The notes under the pieces are model-generated. The model saw nothing but the letters and a program-made list of their open reading frames with translations, had not been told where the DNA came from and ran no database searches. DNA of 64,000 nucleotides from an uncultured Candidatus Saccharibacteria bacterium. GTDB lineage: Bacteria > Patescibacteriota > Minisyncoccia > Minisyncoccales > GWA2-38-27. Positions within the stretch are counted from its first letter, which is position 1. Every line of letters starts with the position of its first letter. The stretch is from assembly GCA_964506305.1 (NCBI GenBank), contig CAZDKD010000001.1, positions 8,031 to 72,030 of the forward strand, written 5' to 3'. A program made the position numbers and the translations under genes. This document shows positions 34,599 to 44,893 of the stretch, piece by piece.

Positions 34599-34720
34599 CG
34601 GGGTGGGCAAGCAATTTCCGTCCGTTAAATCATTGACAGAACAAATAAAATATGTTATACTGAGATAGATAAAGGATAGTTCTTTAAAGCCAAAATTATT
34701 AGAAAGGAAGGGATAAAAGC

Positions 34721-35227
34721 ATGGATAAAAAAGATAAGATAATCAGTATAACAGCAACAACAATAGAGGATGATATAATCAGTGTTATAGAATCCGACTA
34801 CATTTACACTCTTAAAAGTTTCTATGAAGAATGGAGCGAAATGGCTGAAAAAGAAGGAGAAAGCCTATTCGCAGCGTTGTGTCCAGAGAAAGATGTAGAG
34901 AATATAGTTATTGCAGGAGGAATGGTTAAGGAAGTTTTCGAAAGAGTTGAAAGTAGAATGATTAAACGATTTAGAGTATTCTTTGATAGTTTTTTCAAGA
35001 AACTTATGGCTGAAGAAAAAGAGTCTTTCTGGGATGTTAGCAGAAGGTTTATAAGGTACTACCAAGAAGTTATCGAAAGGCTGGATTCCGGAGAAATTAA
35101 ATTAGGCACTCCTTATGGATTAGAGTACTTTATCCCAGATCCAGAGATGTGGGTATTTACTTCTTTCTATTTAGCTGCTTTAAAAGATGTATTCAAGCGA
35201 CTCGAGTTTGAGTACGAAGTAACTTAA
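34721..35227 (+). CDS. hypothetical protein
   Basis: RBS GAAAGGAAGGG; no recognisable motif. Confidence 0.4.
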   Translation: MDKKDKIISITATTIEDDIISVIESDYIYTLKSFYEEWSEMAEKEGESLFAALCPEKDVENIVIAGGMVKEVFERVESRMIKRFRVFFDSFFKKLMAEEKESFWDVSRRFIRYYQEVIERLDSGEIKLGTPYGLEYFIPDPEMWVFTSFYLAALKDVFKRLEFEYEVT

Positions 35228-35278
35228 CTTCAAAAAATACGACTAAACAAATAAAGCCCTGAAATAATTCAGGGCTTT

Positions 35279-36283
35279 TTATATTGAAAATTTCTTTAGT
35301 TTGATCAAGGCAATAATCGCAAAAGAGTGAGCCCATGCTAAGGGAGTGTTTTTGTTAGGGGTTCCGTTGCAAAACAGTTCAGTTATACAGTCATGCCTTA
35401 TTTGGTCAAGTCCTTTAGATAGCCACTTTTCTGCTTCTTTAATATTACCTCTTTGAAATTCTACTATGGAAAGCCAGAAAAACCCCAATGGCCATTCTCC
35501 AGAAATACCATTTTCCGATCTATAGTAGCTGTCATCTAAATATCTGTTTAATCCATGTTCTTGCACCAATTTTTCTGTTATTCTTGTGATAACAATATCA
35601 GATGTTTTTCTTGAAATAATGTTATATGGCCATATAAGAGATAATTGAGACATATTTACTTCTTGATCAGGTGATTCATTAGGAAGAATATTATTTAATG
35701 TTTTTCTCCCTGATTTTATCATCGATTTTGGCACAGTTAGATGTTTTTTTATATGGTAAAGACCAGCTAGAACTGCTCCAACAGACGATGAATGAAGATT
35801 TAGCTTTTCTTCCCACATTCCGTTGTCTGGTTTTTCCCAATACTTGACTGAAAGCAGGTAAAAAACCAAAATCTGGATCAGCTTTATATCTTTCTTCCTT
35901 ATGATTTTTATTCCTTGAAATTCGAAGAAGGCAGAGAGATAAAGAAGCAAGCCAATTACATCTAATTGATGATGTCCCCAATTTTTAGTTACCTCATTAA
36001 AAGTGTTGGCATTGACTTTTGCATGTATATATTGATCAGATTCGGTCGGCGCGATAGATACTGCTTTATCAATTTTCCAAAGGTATCTATGCAATATATC
36101 AAATGCTACATAAAAACCTTTTTTTAATTTAGGAATATCTCCTAAATAATAGTAACAAAGTGTACAGTAAAGATGATCTCTTAACCAGCAATCTCCATAT
36201 TCGTTGCTTGGAGCAGCAATAAAAGCATTGGATGGCATGCAGAGTTTTTCTAATTCATATAAGAGTTTTCTTATTAAGTTCAT
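35279..36283 (-). CDS. glycoside hydrolase family 15-like (glucoamylase/trehalase-related)
   Basis: CWLRDH, WGHHQLDVIGLLLY, GMWEE, WPLGFFWLS, LAWAHSFAIIAL alpha/alpha-toroid GH15 pattern. Confidence 0.6.
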   Translation of the reverse strand: MNLIRKLLYELEKLCMPSNAFIAAPSNEYGDCWLRDHLYCTLCYYYLGDIPKLKKGFYVAFDILHRYLWKIDKAVSIAPTESDQYIHAKVNANTFNEVTKNWGHHQLDVIGLLLYLSAFFEFQGIKIIRKKDIKLIQILVFYLLSVKYWEKPDNGMWEEKLNLHSSSVGAVLAGLYHIKKHLTVPKSMIKSGRKTLNNILPNESPDQEVNMSQLSLIWPYNIISRKTSDIVITRITEKLVQEHGLNRYLDDSYYRSENGISGEWPLGFFWLSIVEFQRGNIKEAEKWLSKGLDQIRHDCITELFCNGTPNKNTPLAWAHSFAIIALIKLKKFSI

Positions 36284-36386
36284 TGTTTGATCCTTTCAAT
36301 TTTAAAAGAGCTTTTTTTTATATTATCCAGGGTTGTTATAAAAGTCAATTATTGAAAACTTGTAGCAGTAAGGGTAGAATGTAAAT

Positions 36387-37121
36387 ATGAAAGAAAATAA
36401 AAAGTTTGTTATTGCATTAGGAGGCTCGGTTATTTGCCCTAAAGAAATTGACAAAGATTACCTTAAGCGCTTTTTTCAGTTTATAAAAAAGGAAGTAAAG
36501 AAAGGGCGTAAATTTATTATTGTAACTGGGGGAGGATATACTGCCAGGAATTATCAGGCGGTTTCTACCGGAATTAGTCGTGTTTCAAAAAAAGACAGGG
36601 ATTGGCTGGGAGTTTACGCTACTAGGCTCAATGCTCGCCTATTAAAAGCGATTTTCAAGAAAGAAGCCCACCCGTTTATTTTTGATAAACGTTTCAAGAT
36701 TAAAACTTTTGGCAAGCACTCTGTGATTATTGGTTCTGGCTGGCAGCCGGGAAATTCGACAGACTATGTGGCCGTTCGGATTGCCGGTGATTTTAAAATC
36801 AAAAGAGTAATTATTTTAGGCAAACCGGATCATGTCTATACTGGTGATTTTGAAAAGGACAAAAAAGCTAGGCCAATTAAAAAAATAACCTGGAAAGATT
36901 ATTTGAAACTTGTTCCTTCTTCTTGGCTGCCCGGCCTTTCCGCGCCAATTGACCCTATTGCGGCCAGATTGGCAAAAAAAGAAAACATGGAAGTGATAGT
37001 AGCTAACGGCAAAGATTTAAATAATCTAAAAATGATTTTAGAAGAGAAGAAATTTAAAGGAACTATTGTAAAACCAAAACATTATGAAAGTTATATTCTT
37101 AGGAGTGGGAGAAGCCTTTGA
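36387..37121 (+). CDS. pyrH: amino-acid-kinase fold protein, archaeal-type UMP kinase
   Basis: FVIALGGSVI, IIVTGGGYTARNY, GVYATRLNARLL, IGSGWQPGNSTDYVA, IDPIAARLA blocks parallel archaeal PyrH. Confidence 0.55.
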   Translation: MKENKKFVIALGGSVICPKEIDKDYLKRFFQFIKKEVKKGRKFIIVTGGGYTARNYQAVSTGISRVSKKDRDWLGVYATRLNARLLKAIFKKEAHPFIFDKRFKIKTFGKHSVIIGSGWQPGNSTDYVAVRIAGDFKIKRVIILGKPDHVYTGDFEKDKKARPIKKITWKDYLKLVPSSWLPGLSAPIDPIAARLAKKENMEVIVANGKDLNNLKMILEEKKFKGTIVKPKHYESYILRSGRSL

Positions 37122-37836
37122 TGAGAATAATCCAAATAATTCTCATTTAGTTTTAAGCGGTAAAACAAGCTTGTTGTTAGATTGCGGTTTTGTAGCTCCT
37201 TATCAGCTTTGGAAATATAATAATAATCAATCATTTTTAGACGGAGTGTATATTACTCATCCTCATGCCGATCATTATTTTGGATTACCCGCTTTATTAG
37301 TGAGAATGTGGGAGGAGAAAAGAAAAAGGCAGTTTACTATTATTTGCCAGAAGGGTTTTAAAAAGGTTGTTAAGGAAGTATTAGATTATGCCTATAAAGG
37401 GTGTCTTTCTAATTTTAAGTTCAAATTAAACTTTATAGAAATTGAACCGGGCCAGAATATTAAGTTTAAGAATTTAAAACTGTCTTTTGCCTTGGGGCAG
37501 CATTTTGTAAAAAACGTAGCCATTAAAATAAGCGATGGAGAAAAGATTCTTTGCTATAGCGGCGACGGGATAGTTACCAAGCAAACAAAAGAGCTGTATA
37601 ATAGTTCTGATTTGCTTATTCATGAAGCATATTTGTATAATAAACCATATATATATGATAAGAAGAACCACGCAGCTATTGTTGATTTGATAAAAATGGC
37701 TGAAAAGAATAATATTAAATGTTTAGCTTTGACTCATATTAACCGGCGCGTAAGGAAAGGATTGACTAAGAAAAAGATTTTTAGTAAAAAAGTTAAAGTA
37801 ATTGTTCCCAATCCCTTGGAAGAGTATAAATTATAA
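37084..37836 (+). CDS. metallo-beta-lactamase fold hydrolase (RNase Z-like)
   Basis: YITHPHADHYFGLP (HxHxDH), later HEAY and LTHI; overlaps pyrH end in another frame. Confidence 0.6.
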   Translation: MKVIFLGVGEAFDENNPNNSHLVLSGKTSLLLDCGFVAPYQLWKYNNNQSFLDGVYITHPHADHYFGLPALLVRMWEEKRKRQFTIICQKGFKKVVKEVLDYAYKGCLSNFKFKLNFIEIEPGQNIKFKNLKLSFALGQHFVKNVAIKISDGEKILCYSGDGIVTKQTKELYNSSDLLIHEAYLYNKPYIYDKKNHAAIVDLIKMAEKNNIKCLALTHINRRVRKGLTKKKIFSKKVKVIVPNPLEEYKL

Positions 37837-37849
37837 TTTTTAGAGATTT

Positions 37850-38461
37850 ATGAAAAAATATTGTATCATAATAATAATATTAATAATTTTAATTTTGGGG
37901 GGTTATTTTCTCTTTGTCCGAGACGGGGGAGAAAAGGAGCCGGCGGACAATAGCGGTGTAACTCAACCCGCTGATAATATGATTGCGACAATACAAACTA
38001 ACTTTGGCGAGATTAAAATAGAACTTTTCTCGTCTGACGCGCCGAAGACAGTAGAGAACTTTATAAAACTTGCTGAAGGCGGTTTTTATGACGGCACAAA
38101 GTTTCACAGAGTAATAAAGGGGTTTATGATTCAGGGAGGAGATCCTCTTACCAAAGACGATTCTCTCAAAGATAGATGGGGGACAGGCGGGCCAGGCTAT
38201 AGTTTTGCCGACGAGATTCATTCAAACAACCATAATGTTGCTGGCACAATTGCTATGGCTAACGCCGGGCCAAACACTAACGGCAGCCAGTTTTTTATAA
38301 ACACTAATGATAATGATTTTCTTGATACAAAACATACTGTTTTTGGCAAGATAATAGAGGGAATGAATGTTGTTGGAAGCATTGAAAATGTTGCTACAGA
38401 AGGTCCGGATCGCCCGGTTGAGGATATGGTCATTGAGAATATTAAGATGTCAGGCGATTAA
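37850..38461 (+). CDS. peptidyl-prolyl cis-trans isomerase, cyclophilin type, membrane-anchored
   Basis: FHRVIKGFMIQGGDP, NGSQFFI, HTVFGKIIEGMNVV. Confidence 0.85.
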   Translation: MKKYCIIIIILIILILGGYFLFVRDGGEKEPADNSGVTQPADNMIATIQTNFGEIKIELFSSDAPKTVENFIKLAEGGFYDGTKFHRVIKGFMIQGGDPLTKDDSLKDRWGTGGPGYSFADEIHSNNHNVAGTIAMANAGPNTNGSQFFINTNDNDFLDTKHTVFGKIIEGMNVVGSIENVATEGPDRPVEDMVIENIKMSGD

Positions 38462-38617
38462 AATTAATATGTTAAAGAATAAAAAAAATCAGAGAAAGAT
38501 AAAAACAAGATATTTTATGTCTTTTCCCTCGCGGCTTAAGGGAAAAGCAGCGAGGGTTCAGTTTAAGCCCGTTCGCAAAAAATCCAAAAAAAAGTAGTTA
38601 AGTTTAAAAAGTTAAAA

Positions 38618-38839
38618 ATGCTAATTAAGATTAAGGTTTTTCCATATTCAAAAAAGGAAGAGATAACAAAAAAAGCTGAAGATAGCTTTGAAATTAAGGT
38701 GAAGGAAAAACCAATTAGGGGAGAGGCGAACAGAAGGGTGGTTGAAGTTTTATCTTTATATTTTAAAATTCCCGGAGCAAAAATAAGATTAATTAAAGGA
38801 TTTAAGGAGAGAAATAAAATTTTCGAAATTAAAAATTAA
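38618..38839 (+). CDS. DUF167 (YggU-like) protein
   Basis: VKEKPIRGEANRRVVEVLSLYFKIPGAKIRLIKGFKERNKIFEI matches YggU pattern. Confidence 0.55.
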   Translation: MLIKIKVFPYSKKEEITKKAEDSFEIKVKEKPIRGEANRRVVEVLSLYFKIPGAKIRLIKGFKERNKIFEIKN

Positions 38840-38843
38840 ATCT

Positions 38844-39173
38844 ATGAATTTTGAAGAATATCAAAAACTTTCAAGAAAAACCGCTATTTATCCTGACAAG
38901 GATAATAATTTTGTTTATCCGACATTGGGATTAGTTGGCGAGGCGGGCGAAGTGGCTGAAAAAATTAAAAAAGTTTTTAGGGATAATAAGGGAATTCTTG
39001 ACGAAGCGAGAAAAGAGGAATTAAAGAAAGAACTCGGCGATGTTTTGTGGTATCTCGCTCAGCTTTCTAGTGAGTTAGGATTGTCCTTTGACGAGGTTGC
39101 TTGTTTAAATATTGAGAAATTAGCTTCAAGAAAAGAAAGAGGCACTCTTTCGGGAGACGGAGATAATAGGTAA
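38844..39173 (+). CDS. MazG-like nucleotide pyrophosphohydrolase
   Basis: LGLVGEAGEVAEKIKK...LGDVLWYLAQLSSELGLSFDEV. Confidence 0.7.
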   Translation: MNFEEYQKLSRKTAIYPDKDNNFVYPTLGLVGEAGEVAEKIKKVFRDNKGILDEARKEELKKELGDVLWYLAQLSSELGLSFDEVACLNIEKLASRKERGTLSGDGDNR

Positions 39174-39343
39174 GCCCAACAAGGGGTTGACTAGTTTTTA
39201 TTTACATGCTAAACTTATTTTAAGTTTCTGATGAAAAGGTGGTCGAGTTTCTTTAAGAGCTAGGATTTTAAGGTTAAGACCTACTATGCAGTAGGTCTAA
39301 AATTTTAAAATCATTTATTAATTTTATTTTTTAATTTGTAACC

Positions 39344-39541
39344 ATGGAAGGAACTATTAAAAAGCTTACAGACAAAGGATTTGGATTTATTGCCGTTGAA
39401 GGTGAAGAGAAAGATTTATTCTTTCACCAAAATGAACTTCAAGGCGTAAGTTATGAAGAGCTTAAGGAAGGTGATAAAGTATCTTTCGAAAAAGCTGATT
39501 CTCCAAAAGGACCTAATGCGGTAAATGTAACACGCATTTAA
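39344..39541 (+). CDS. cspA: cold-shock protein
   Basis: GTIKKLTDKGFGFIAVEG...DLFFH RNP motifs; long AT-rich 5'UTR. Confidence 0.85.
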   Translation: MEGTIKKLTDKGFGFIAVEGEEKDLFFHQNELQGVSYEELKEGDKVSFEKADSPKGPNAVNVTRI

Positions 39542-39609
39542 TTGTCTAAAGTAAAAATTTTGATTTTTCACCCGGTGTAAATCTTACATCGGGTTTTTTC
39601 TTGAGCTAT

Positions 39610-39646
39610 GAAAAAACTGCCAAGTTAATTGGCAGTTTTTGTTTTT
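39610..39646. terminator. bidirectional intrinsic terminator
   Basis: AAAAAACTGCCAA-gttaa-TTGGCAGTTTTTGTTTTTT. Confidence 0.6.
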
Positions 39647-39963
39647 TGTTTTTTTGCTCTTTGTATTTTCTTCCATTTTTTACTGAAGAGGAAAGTCTTA
39701 TCGCGTATTTTTCCGTGATGTCCCTGCTTGCCCCAAATTTTGAAGTGCAGATTAAAGCTCTCCTTGCTTTCTATTGAGGACATTGCAAATTGATAAGAGC
39801 ATGTCCATAAGTTATGCTTTCTTCCGTCGGCGCAGGCTATTTCACTATTGAAATCACTTGCTGGCAGTTGCTGGGCAATTACTTCATTGGTATCGCTGTT
39901 CAACGGTTCTACAAACCAAATGTATTCTCTTTCTGTCATTTTTTCTCCTTTTTTAAAGAACAA
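39625..39963 (-). CDS. hypothetical protein
   Basis: ORF on minus strand between two terminators; likely true start at internal MTEREY. Confidence 0.35.
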   Translation of the reverse strand: MFFKKGEKMTEREYIWFVEPLNSDTNEVIAQQLPASDFNSEIACADGRKHNLWTCSYQFAMSSIESKESFNLHFKIWGKQGHHGKIRDKTFLFSKKWKKIQRAKKQKTKTAN

Positions 39964-40072
39964 TTAATATAAATATATTAACAATTTTATTTGAATATGT
40001 CAAGGTTGGCTGACGAATTGAGGATTTTCTGGTAGAATAAAGTATTATAAAATAATTTAAGGAAACGAAATT

Positions 40073-40837
40073 ATGTCACTTTTTTATAACCCCAAGCGAA
40101 CTCGCAATTTATTTGATCCCGCCTCAAAAGAGCCGTTTAATTTGAGCCGTTCAAAGCTGGAACTTTTTTTGGAGTGCCCGAGATGTTTTTATTTGGATCG
40201 GCGGCTCGGCATAGGCCGGCCCTCGGGCCCGTCTTTTAGCTTGAACTCAGCAGTTGACTCGCTGCTGAAAAAAGAATTTGACGCTCACCGGGCTGAAGGC
40301 AGAGAACATCCATTAATGAAGGCTTATGGTGTCAAAGCAGTGCCCTTTCAGCATGAAAAATTGGACGATTGGCGCCATGTTTTTAATGGAATTCGGGTTT
40401 TACATCCTCAGACAAACTTCTTGCTTTTTGGCGCAATCGACGATATTTGGTTCAGCAATGAAAACAAAGAACTTTTAATTGTTGATTACAAGGCGACAAG
40501 CACCGAAAAAGAGATTACTCTTGATGACAAGTGGAAAGGAGTTTATAAAAGGCAGATGGAAATTTATCAATGGCTTGCCAGGCACAATATGGATTTAAAA
40601 GAATACAAAATTTCTGATACTGGCTATTTCGTTTATTGCAACGGTAAAAAAGACAGAAAGGCCTTTGATGGAAAGTTGGAGTTTGATATTGTTTTGATAC
40701 CCTATAAGGGGAGCGATGATTGGGTGGAGGAAAAAGTTATGGAAGCCCATGAATGTCTTATGGGGGATACTATTCCCGAGATGGCAGAGGATTGCGATTT
40801 CTGCCGTTACAGGAAGGAGATTACAAAAGTGGAATAA
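40073..40837 (+). CDS. PD-(D/E)XK nuclease family protein with C-terminal Cys cluster (Cas4/RecB-like)
   Basis: N-terminal CPRCFYL, IDDIW...LLIVDYKAT (D...D/E-x-K), QMEIYQWL, C-terminal CxxC. Confidence 0.55.
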   Translation: MSLFYNPKRTRNLFDPASKEPFNLSRSKLELFLECPRCFYLDRRLGIGRPSGPSFSLNSAVDSLLKKEFDAHRAEGREHPLMKAYGVKAVPFQHEKLDDWRHVFNGIRVLHPQTNFLLFGAIDDIWFSNENKELLIVDYKATSTEKEITLDDKWKGVYKRQMEIYQWLARHNMDLKEYKISDTGYFVYCNGKKDRKAFDGKLEFDIVLIPYKGSDDWVEEKVMEAHECLMGDTIPEMAEDCDFCRYRKEITKVE

Positions 40838-40993
40838 GTATGAAGAAATTAGGCCTAAAAGTAAGGTTGCTGATATTGATAATAACGGGATTTTTGGTTT
40901 TACTCGGTTGGTTTTTGTATTATTATGTTCTTCTCCGTATATAAAAAGCGTCTGGATAAAGAACGAGTCTCTGTGATTTTAAAAAAGAATTAA

Positions 40994-41032
40994 AAAGAAG
41001 CCCGAGTTAATTTATTTTCTCGGGCTTTTTAA
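40994..41032. terminator. bidirectional intrinsic terminator
   Basis: AAGAAGCCCGAG-ttaatttattttct-CGGGCTTTTT. Confidence 0.55.
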
Positions 41033-41817
41033 ATTTTTAATTTTAATTTTTTTTCTTTCAGTTTGAGCGTTTCGTGCCTTCTTATTCTTTCCAGAGCGTC
41101 TCTGACAATCTGCCGGATTCTTTCCCGGCTGCAGTCCATTTTCTGGCCGATTTCTTCTAAGGTGTAAGGCATGCCATTTTCTAAACCAAACCTCATTTTA
41201 ATAATTTTTTCCTCTCTTGTTGTTAATACTACTTCTAAATCATTTTTTATTTCTTCTACTAAGATATTATTAGAAGCCGTTGTTACTGGAGAAGGAATTT
41301 TTTTATCTTCAATAAATTCTCTAAAAGCAGTATCTTCATTTTCTCCCATCATTATATTTAAGGGAATAATGTTTGGAAAAAATTGGAAAACTTTTTTTAT
41401 TCGCTGGACTCTAATAATTTCAACTTTCATTTCTCTTGCTATTTCTTTTTCTGTGGGTTCTCGGTTTAATTTTCTCTTGAGTTTTTTCTCGCTTTTGGTG
41501 TATTTATTTAAGTGCCCAATCATGTGAGCGGGGAGACGGATTGTTCTTCCTTTATTAATTAAAGCTCTAGTTACGGCTTGTCTTATCCACCAAGTGGCGT
41601 AAGTTGAAAACCTATATTCTTTTTGATGGTCAAATCTTTCTGCTGCGGCAAATAAGCCGAGGATGCCTTCTTGAATTAGGTCTTCAAGAGTTAAGTCCGG
41701 AGATCTGCCAATGTATTTTTTAGCGATAAAAACCACTAATCCTATATGCTCTCGGTAGAATTTTTCCTTTTCAGAAATTGATAAGTTTCGAGTTTTAAGT
41801 ATTTTTTTTCTTCCCAT
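41029..41817 (-). CDS. RNA polymerase sigma-70 family factor (regions 2, 3, 4)
   Basis: Region 2 LIQEGILGLFAAAERFDHQKEYRFSTYATWWIRQAV, region 4 LEEIGQKMDCSRERIRQIVRDALERIR. Confidence 0.8.
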   Translation of the reverse strand: MGRKKILKTRNLSISEKEKFYREHIGLVVFIAKKYIGRSPDLTLEDLIQEGILGLFAAAERFDHQKEYRFSTYATWWIRQAVTRALINKGRTIRLPAHMIGHLNKYTKSEKKLKRKLNREPTEKEIAREMKVEIIRVQRIKKVFQFFPNIIPLNIMMGENEDTAFREFIEDKKIPSPVTTASNNILVEEIKNDLEVVLTTREEKIIKMRFGLENGMPYTLEEIGQKMDCSRERIRQIVRDALERIRRHETLKLKEKKLKLKI

Positions 41818-41960
41818 TTTCTGTACCCTTTCTAAAAGATATTTTGTAAAAGAACTTAGCGTATCATATAAATTAAATTACAAACTGTCAATTTTTTAAA
41901 AGATGGTTGAAATTTTTATTATTGCTCTTGCCAATAGATTTATAGCGGGGTAAAATAAAA

Positions 41961-42323
41961 ATGAGGAAAAGGTCGGGTAAGCCCGATAAAGGGCAAAGAA
42001 TAAAAGATCGGAATTACAATCTTATGAAGAGCATATTAATGTTTATAACAGTTATTGTAATAGGGCTTGGCGTTATTGCTACTGTTTGTTATATTCTTTT
42101 ATCAGAGGAACCTTTAACATTTCAGCCTCCCGTTGGAATAAAAAGTGGGACAGTCCCGCTACCGGCAACCGGCAATATAGATGATGCGGTAGATACTCTG
42201 CTGAGAGAATTAGTTGATGAAGAATCGTTATATGAAGAAGAAGGATATGATGTAGAAATACTAATAAGCGATATAGAAGAGATTAGTGATTTTGGTCAAT
42301 CTATAGATGAAAGTGAATTGTAA
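41961..42323 (+). CDS. membrane-anchored acidic hypothetical protein
   Basis: One TM then D/E-rich tail. Confidence 0.35.
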   Translation: MRKRSGKPDKGQRIKDRNYNLMKSILMFITVIVIGLGVIATVCYILLSEEPLTFQPPVGIKSGTVPLPATGNIDDAVDTLLRELVDEESLYEEEGYDVEILISDIEEISDFGQSIDESEL

Positions 42324-43158
42324 AAAAACACTTACAATTGGGGTTTTGATGATTGCTATAGCTGCTATTTTAGTGCCTGTTTTGATTTTGGCTCAGCCCA
42401 AGGGTAATGGTAGCGGTAATGGCGATGGCAAAGGTGATGGTAAGCCCGAAGACACTGGTAAGCCTGAGGATGCTGGTAATGGAGGAAAGGGTTTTTGTGA
42501 TAGGATTTCAACAATTTATTCTAATATCGAAAATAGATATGGCAATCGTAATGGCAAGCTTGAAGAGAAAAGAAATCAAATAGAAAATAGGATTAGCGAA
42601 CGCCGAAGCGAGCGCGATGCCAAACTTGTTGAAAAGCGAGCAAAATGGAATGAAAATCGTACCCAGCATTTCGAAAAATTAGAAGAAAAAGCTGGAACCG
42701 ATGAACAAAAGCAGGCAGTATTGGCATTTGTCCAAGCAGTTGAAGAGGCTATCGTAGCTCGTCGAGTGGCAATTGATGAAGCAACCCAGGAGTTTCGAGA
42801 AGGCGTTGATGAGCTAAAAGCTTCACGCAAATCATCTGCTAATGCTTTGCTTACAACTTATAGGAATACCATTAGATTGGCCACTGAAAAAGCTGAGTCT
42901 GATTGCGCGGACGGCATGGATCCGAATACTGTTCGTGAGAATTTGCGCTCTCAATTTAGAGCAGCCCAGGGAGATTTTGAGAGTGGCACAGAGAAAATTG
43001 AAGGGTTAAAAGATCAGATGGAATTGCTTATTATTGCTAAAAAGGAAGCAATAGAACAAGCAACTGATAGTTTCAAGACGGCATTAGAAGAAGCGCGAGA
43101 TGAGTTCAAAGCTACTATAAGAGAGCCAGGCGAAGAGGAAGAAGAGGAGGAAGGATAA
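42307..43158 (+). CDS. secreted coiled-coil protein
   Basis: Signal peptide, GNGSGNGDGKGDGK repeats, long helical K/E/R region, C-terminal EEEEEEG. Confidence 0.4.
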   Translation: MKVNCKKTLTIGVLMIAIAAILVPVLILAQPKGNGSGNGDGKGDGKPEDTGKPEDAGNGGKGFCDRISTIYSNIENRYGNRNGKLEEKRNQIENRISERRSERDAKLVEKRAKWNENRTQHFEKLEEKAGTDEQKQAVLAFVQAVEEAIVARRVAIDEATQEFREGVDELKASRKSSANALLTTYRNTIRLATEKAESDCADGMDPNTVRENLRSQFRAAQGDFESGTEKIEGLKDQMELLIIAKKEAIEQATDSFKTALEEARDEFKATIREPGEEEEEEEG

Positions 43159-43252
43159 ACTGCGTTTTTAAACTTGACAGAGATTTTTTAATATGTTATA
43201 TAGAAATATACGAAAGTTTTAATTAATAATAAATAAACTTAAATAAAAATCT

Positions 43253-43624
43253 ATGGATAAAGAAGTTTTAAAATCAATAGTTTCTTTAGTAATAATTGGC
43301 GCAGTTTTTCTTATTTCTGCCGGTTTTATTTTTCAGCAACAGTATGAATTGGATAAACAGATAGCGGCTATAGTTTCTTTTCCAGAACCTGAAGAAGACG
43401 GGGGAGCAAGCGGCCAACTAACAGGTAGGCTTGCGGGCCAGGCAAAAAAGATATTTTTATCAAATTGTCTCAATAATGCTTTTGATAATTTTGAAAATCT
43501 TTGGAACCAGGAATGTGAAAAACAAGGATTAGAAGAGAAGTGCAGTTTACCTGACGAAGTTGCTAAGAAGTTGATAGATGATTATCAACAGGTTAAAGAT
43601 GACTGCTATAAAAAGTATAACTAA
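43253..43624 (+). CDS. membrane-anchored hypothetical protein
   Basis: N-terminal TM; 4 Cys. Confidence 0.35.
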   Translation: MDKEVLKSIVSLVIIGAVFLISAGFIFQQQYELDKQIAAIVSFPEPEEDGGASGQLTGRLAGQAKKIFLSNCLNNAFDNFENLWNQECEKQGLEEKCSLPDEVAKKLIDDYQQVKDDCYKKYN

Positions 43625-43872
43625 TTAGTTAAGCCGAGCAAATAAAATTTCTCAGAAATTTTTACCCTCATGCTATTGAGGGTTTTTTGTTGCGTGGTAA
43701 TTATGTTACAATAAAATAGTTGGGTATAATATAAACAAGCTTATGGAGGAAAAAAGTAGAAAAGGTGTTAAAGTAATGGCTTTGATGACCGGGCTGTTGG
43801 TTGGCTTGGCTTTTCTTCAGGTAATAATAGCGCTCTTTCAAATGGTGTTAATATTATTTAAATTATAAAAAC

Positions 43873-44865
43873 ATGAAAATTTCTTTAAGGGTTAAGTTAA
43901 TAACGCTAGCTGTAATCTGCACTATTATCTCGTTAGAAATAGTCGCGGTGCTTTTCTATTATCGGGATAAGCTAGTTCCGGATTTTGATACGATTTCCCA
44001 GATATTTGAAAAAGACGAAGAAGGAAAAAGTTTCACCCTTAAAGAGAAAGAATCTGTTACGGACGAAGAAACCCGAAAAAGAATTGAGGATCTGGAAGAT
44101 AAAATTAAGGAACTGGAAGATGAGCAAAGAGTTCCTTTTCCTGATGACGGTTCGGCTCCTCCGCTGACTAAGGATCAAATTAGCACTATAGTTCAGCTTT
44201 GGTGTCCCGATGATGATTATAATTCCAGTGGATTTATCAGCATTGGATCCGGCACCATTGTTGATCTCGAAGGGGTTATTATTACTAATAGGCATGTTGT
44301 TTCAAATTACGACTGGAGCGTTATTAGATCCTCGCCGACTTGTTATGTTGCTGTTACCGAAAATATTGCCTATCCTCCTGAAATAAAATATATGGCAGAT
44401 TTGGTGGCTTACGCTCCTCCGCCGGCAGGTTATCCTAATGTTGAGAATTTTGATTATGATGTGGCAGTTTTATATATTTTTGATGTCTGTCATGAATGTG
44501 AGGGAGCGCCTAAAGCTCTTCCTCCAAATTTTTCTTATTTGAAATTAGGTTATTCTGATATTCTCAAGCCCGGAGATTATGTAGCGATTGCCGGTTATCC
44601 TCAAATAGGAGCGGGAACTTTTAATTTTACCGAGGGGATAATTAGCGGAAGGGTGGGAGAGTTTGTTTTAAAAACTGATGCTAAAATAGATTCTGGGAAT
44701 TCCGGAGGATCTGTTTTAGATAATAAAAATCGGCTTGTTGGCATTCCCACTTGGACAATAAGCGGGCCAGCCGAGAGTATGGGTTATGTTATTGGGATTG
44801 ATCAAATTTTAGAATGGTGGGAGGAAAAAGTTTTACCTTCCGAATCATTAGATGTGCCTTACTAA
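43873..44865 (+). CDS. trypsin-like serine protease (S1 family), membrane-anchored
   Basis: His block GVIITNRHVV, Asp block YDVAVLYI, Ser block DSGNSGGSVL. Confidence 0.7.
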   Translation: MKISLRVKLITLAVICTIISLEIVAVLFYYRDKLVPDFDTISQIFEKDEEGKSFTLKEKESVTDEETRKRIEDLEDKIKELEDEQRVPFPDDGSAPPLTKDQISTIVQLWCPDDDYNSSGFISIGSGTIVDLEGVIITNRHVVSNYDWSVIRSSPTCYVAVTENIAYPPEIKYMADLVAYAPPPAGYPNVENFDYDVAVLYIFDVCHECEGAPKALPPNFSYLKLGYSDILKPGDYVAIAGYPQIGAGTFNFTEGIISGRVGEFVLKTDAKIDSGNSGGSVLDNKNRLVGIPTWTISGPAESMGYVIGIDQILEWWEEKVLPSESLDVPY

Positions 44866-44893
44866 CAAGGCAAATAATTTTAGAATATAAGAT

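Noticed and set aside
38469-38597. 43-aa highly basic ORF (MLKNKKNQRKIKTRYF...) as a ribosomal protein
   Set aside because: It does not match the bL34/bL35/bL36 signatures I recall. It could be a real basic mini-protein but is unsupported, so it was not listed as a feature.
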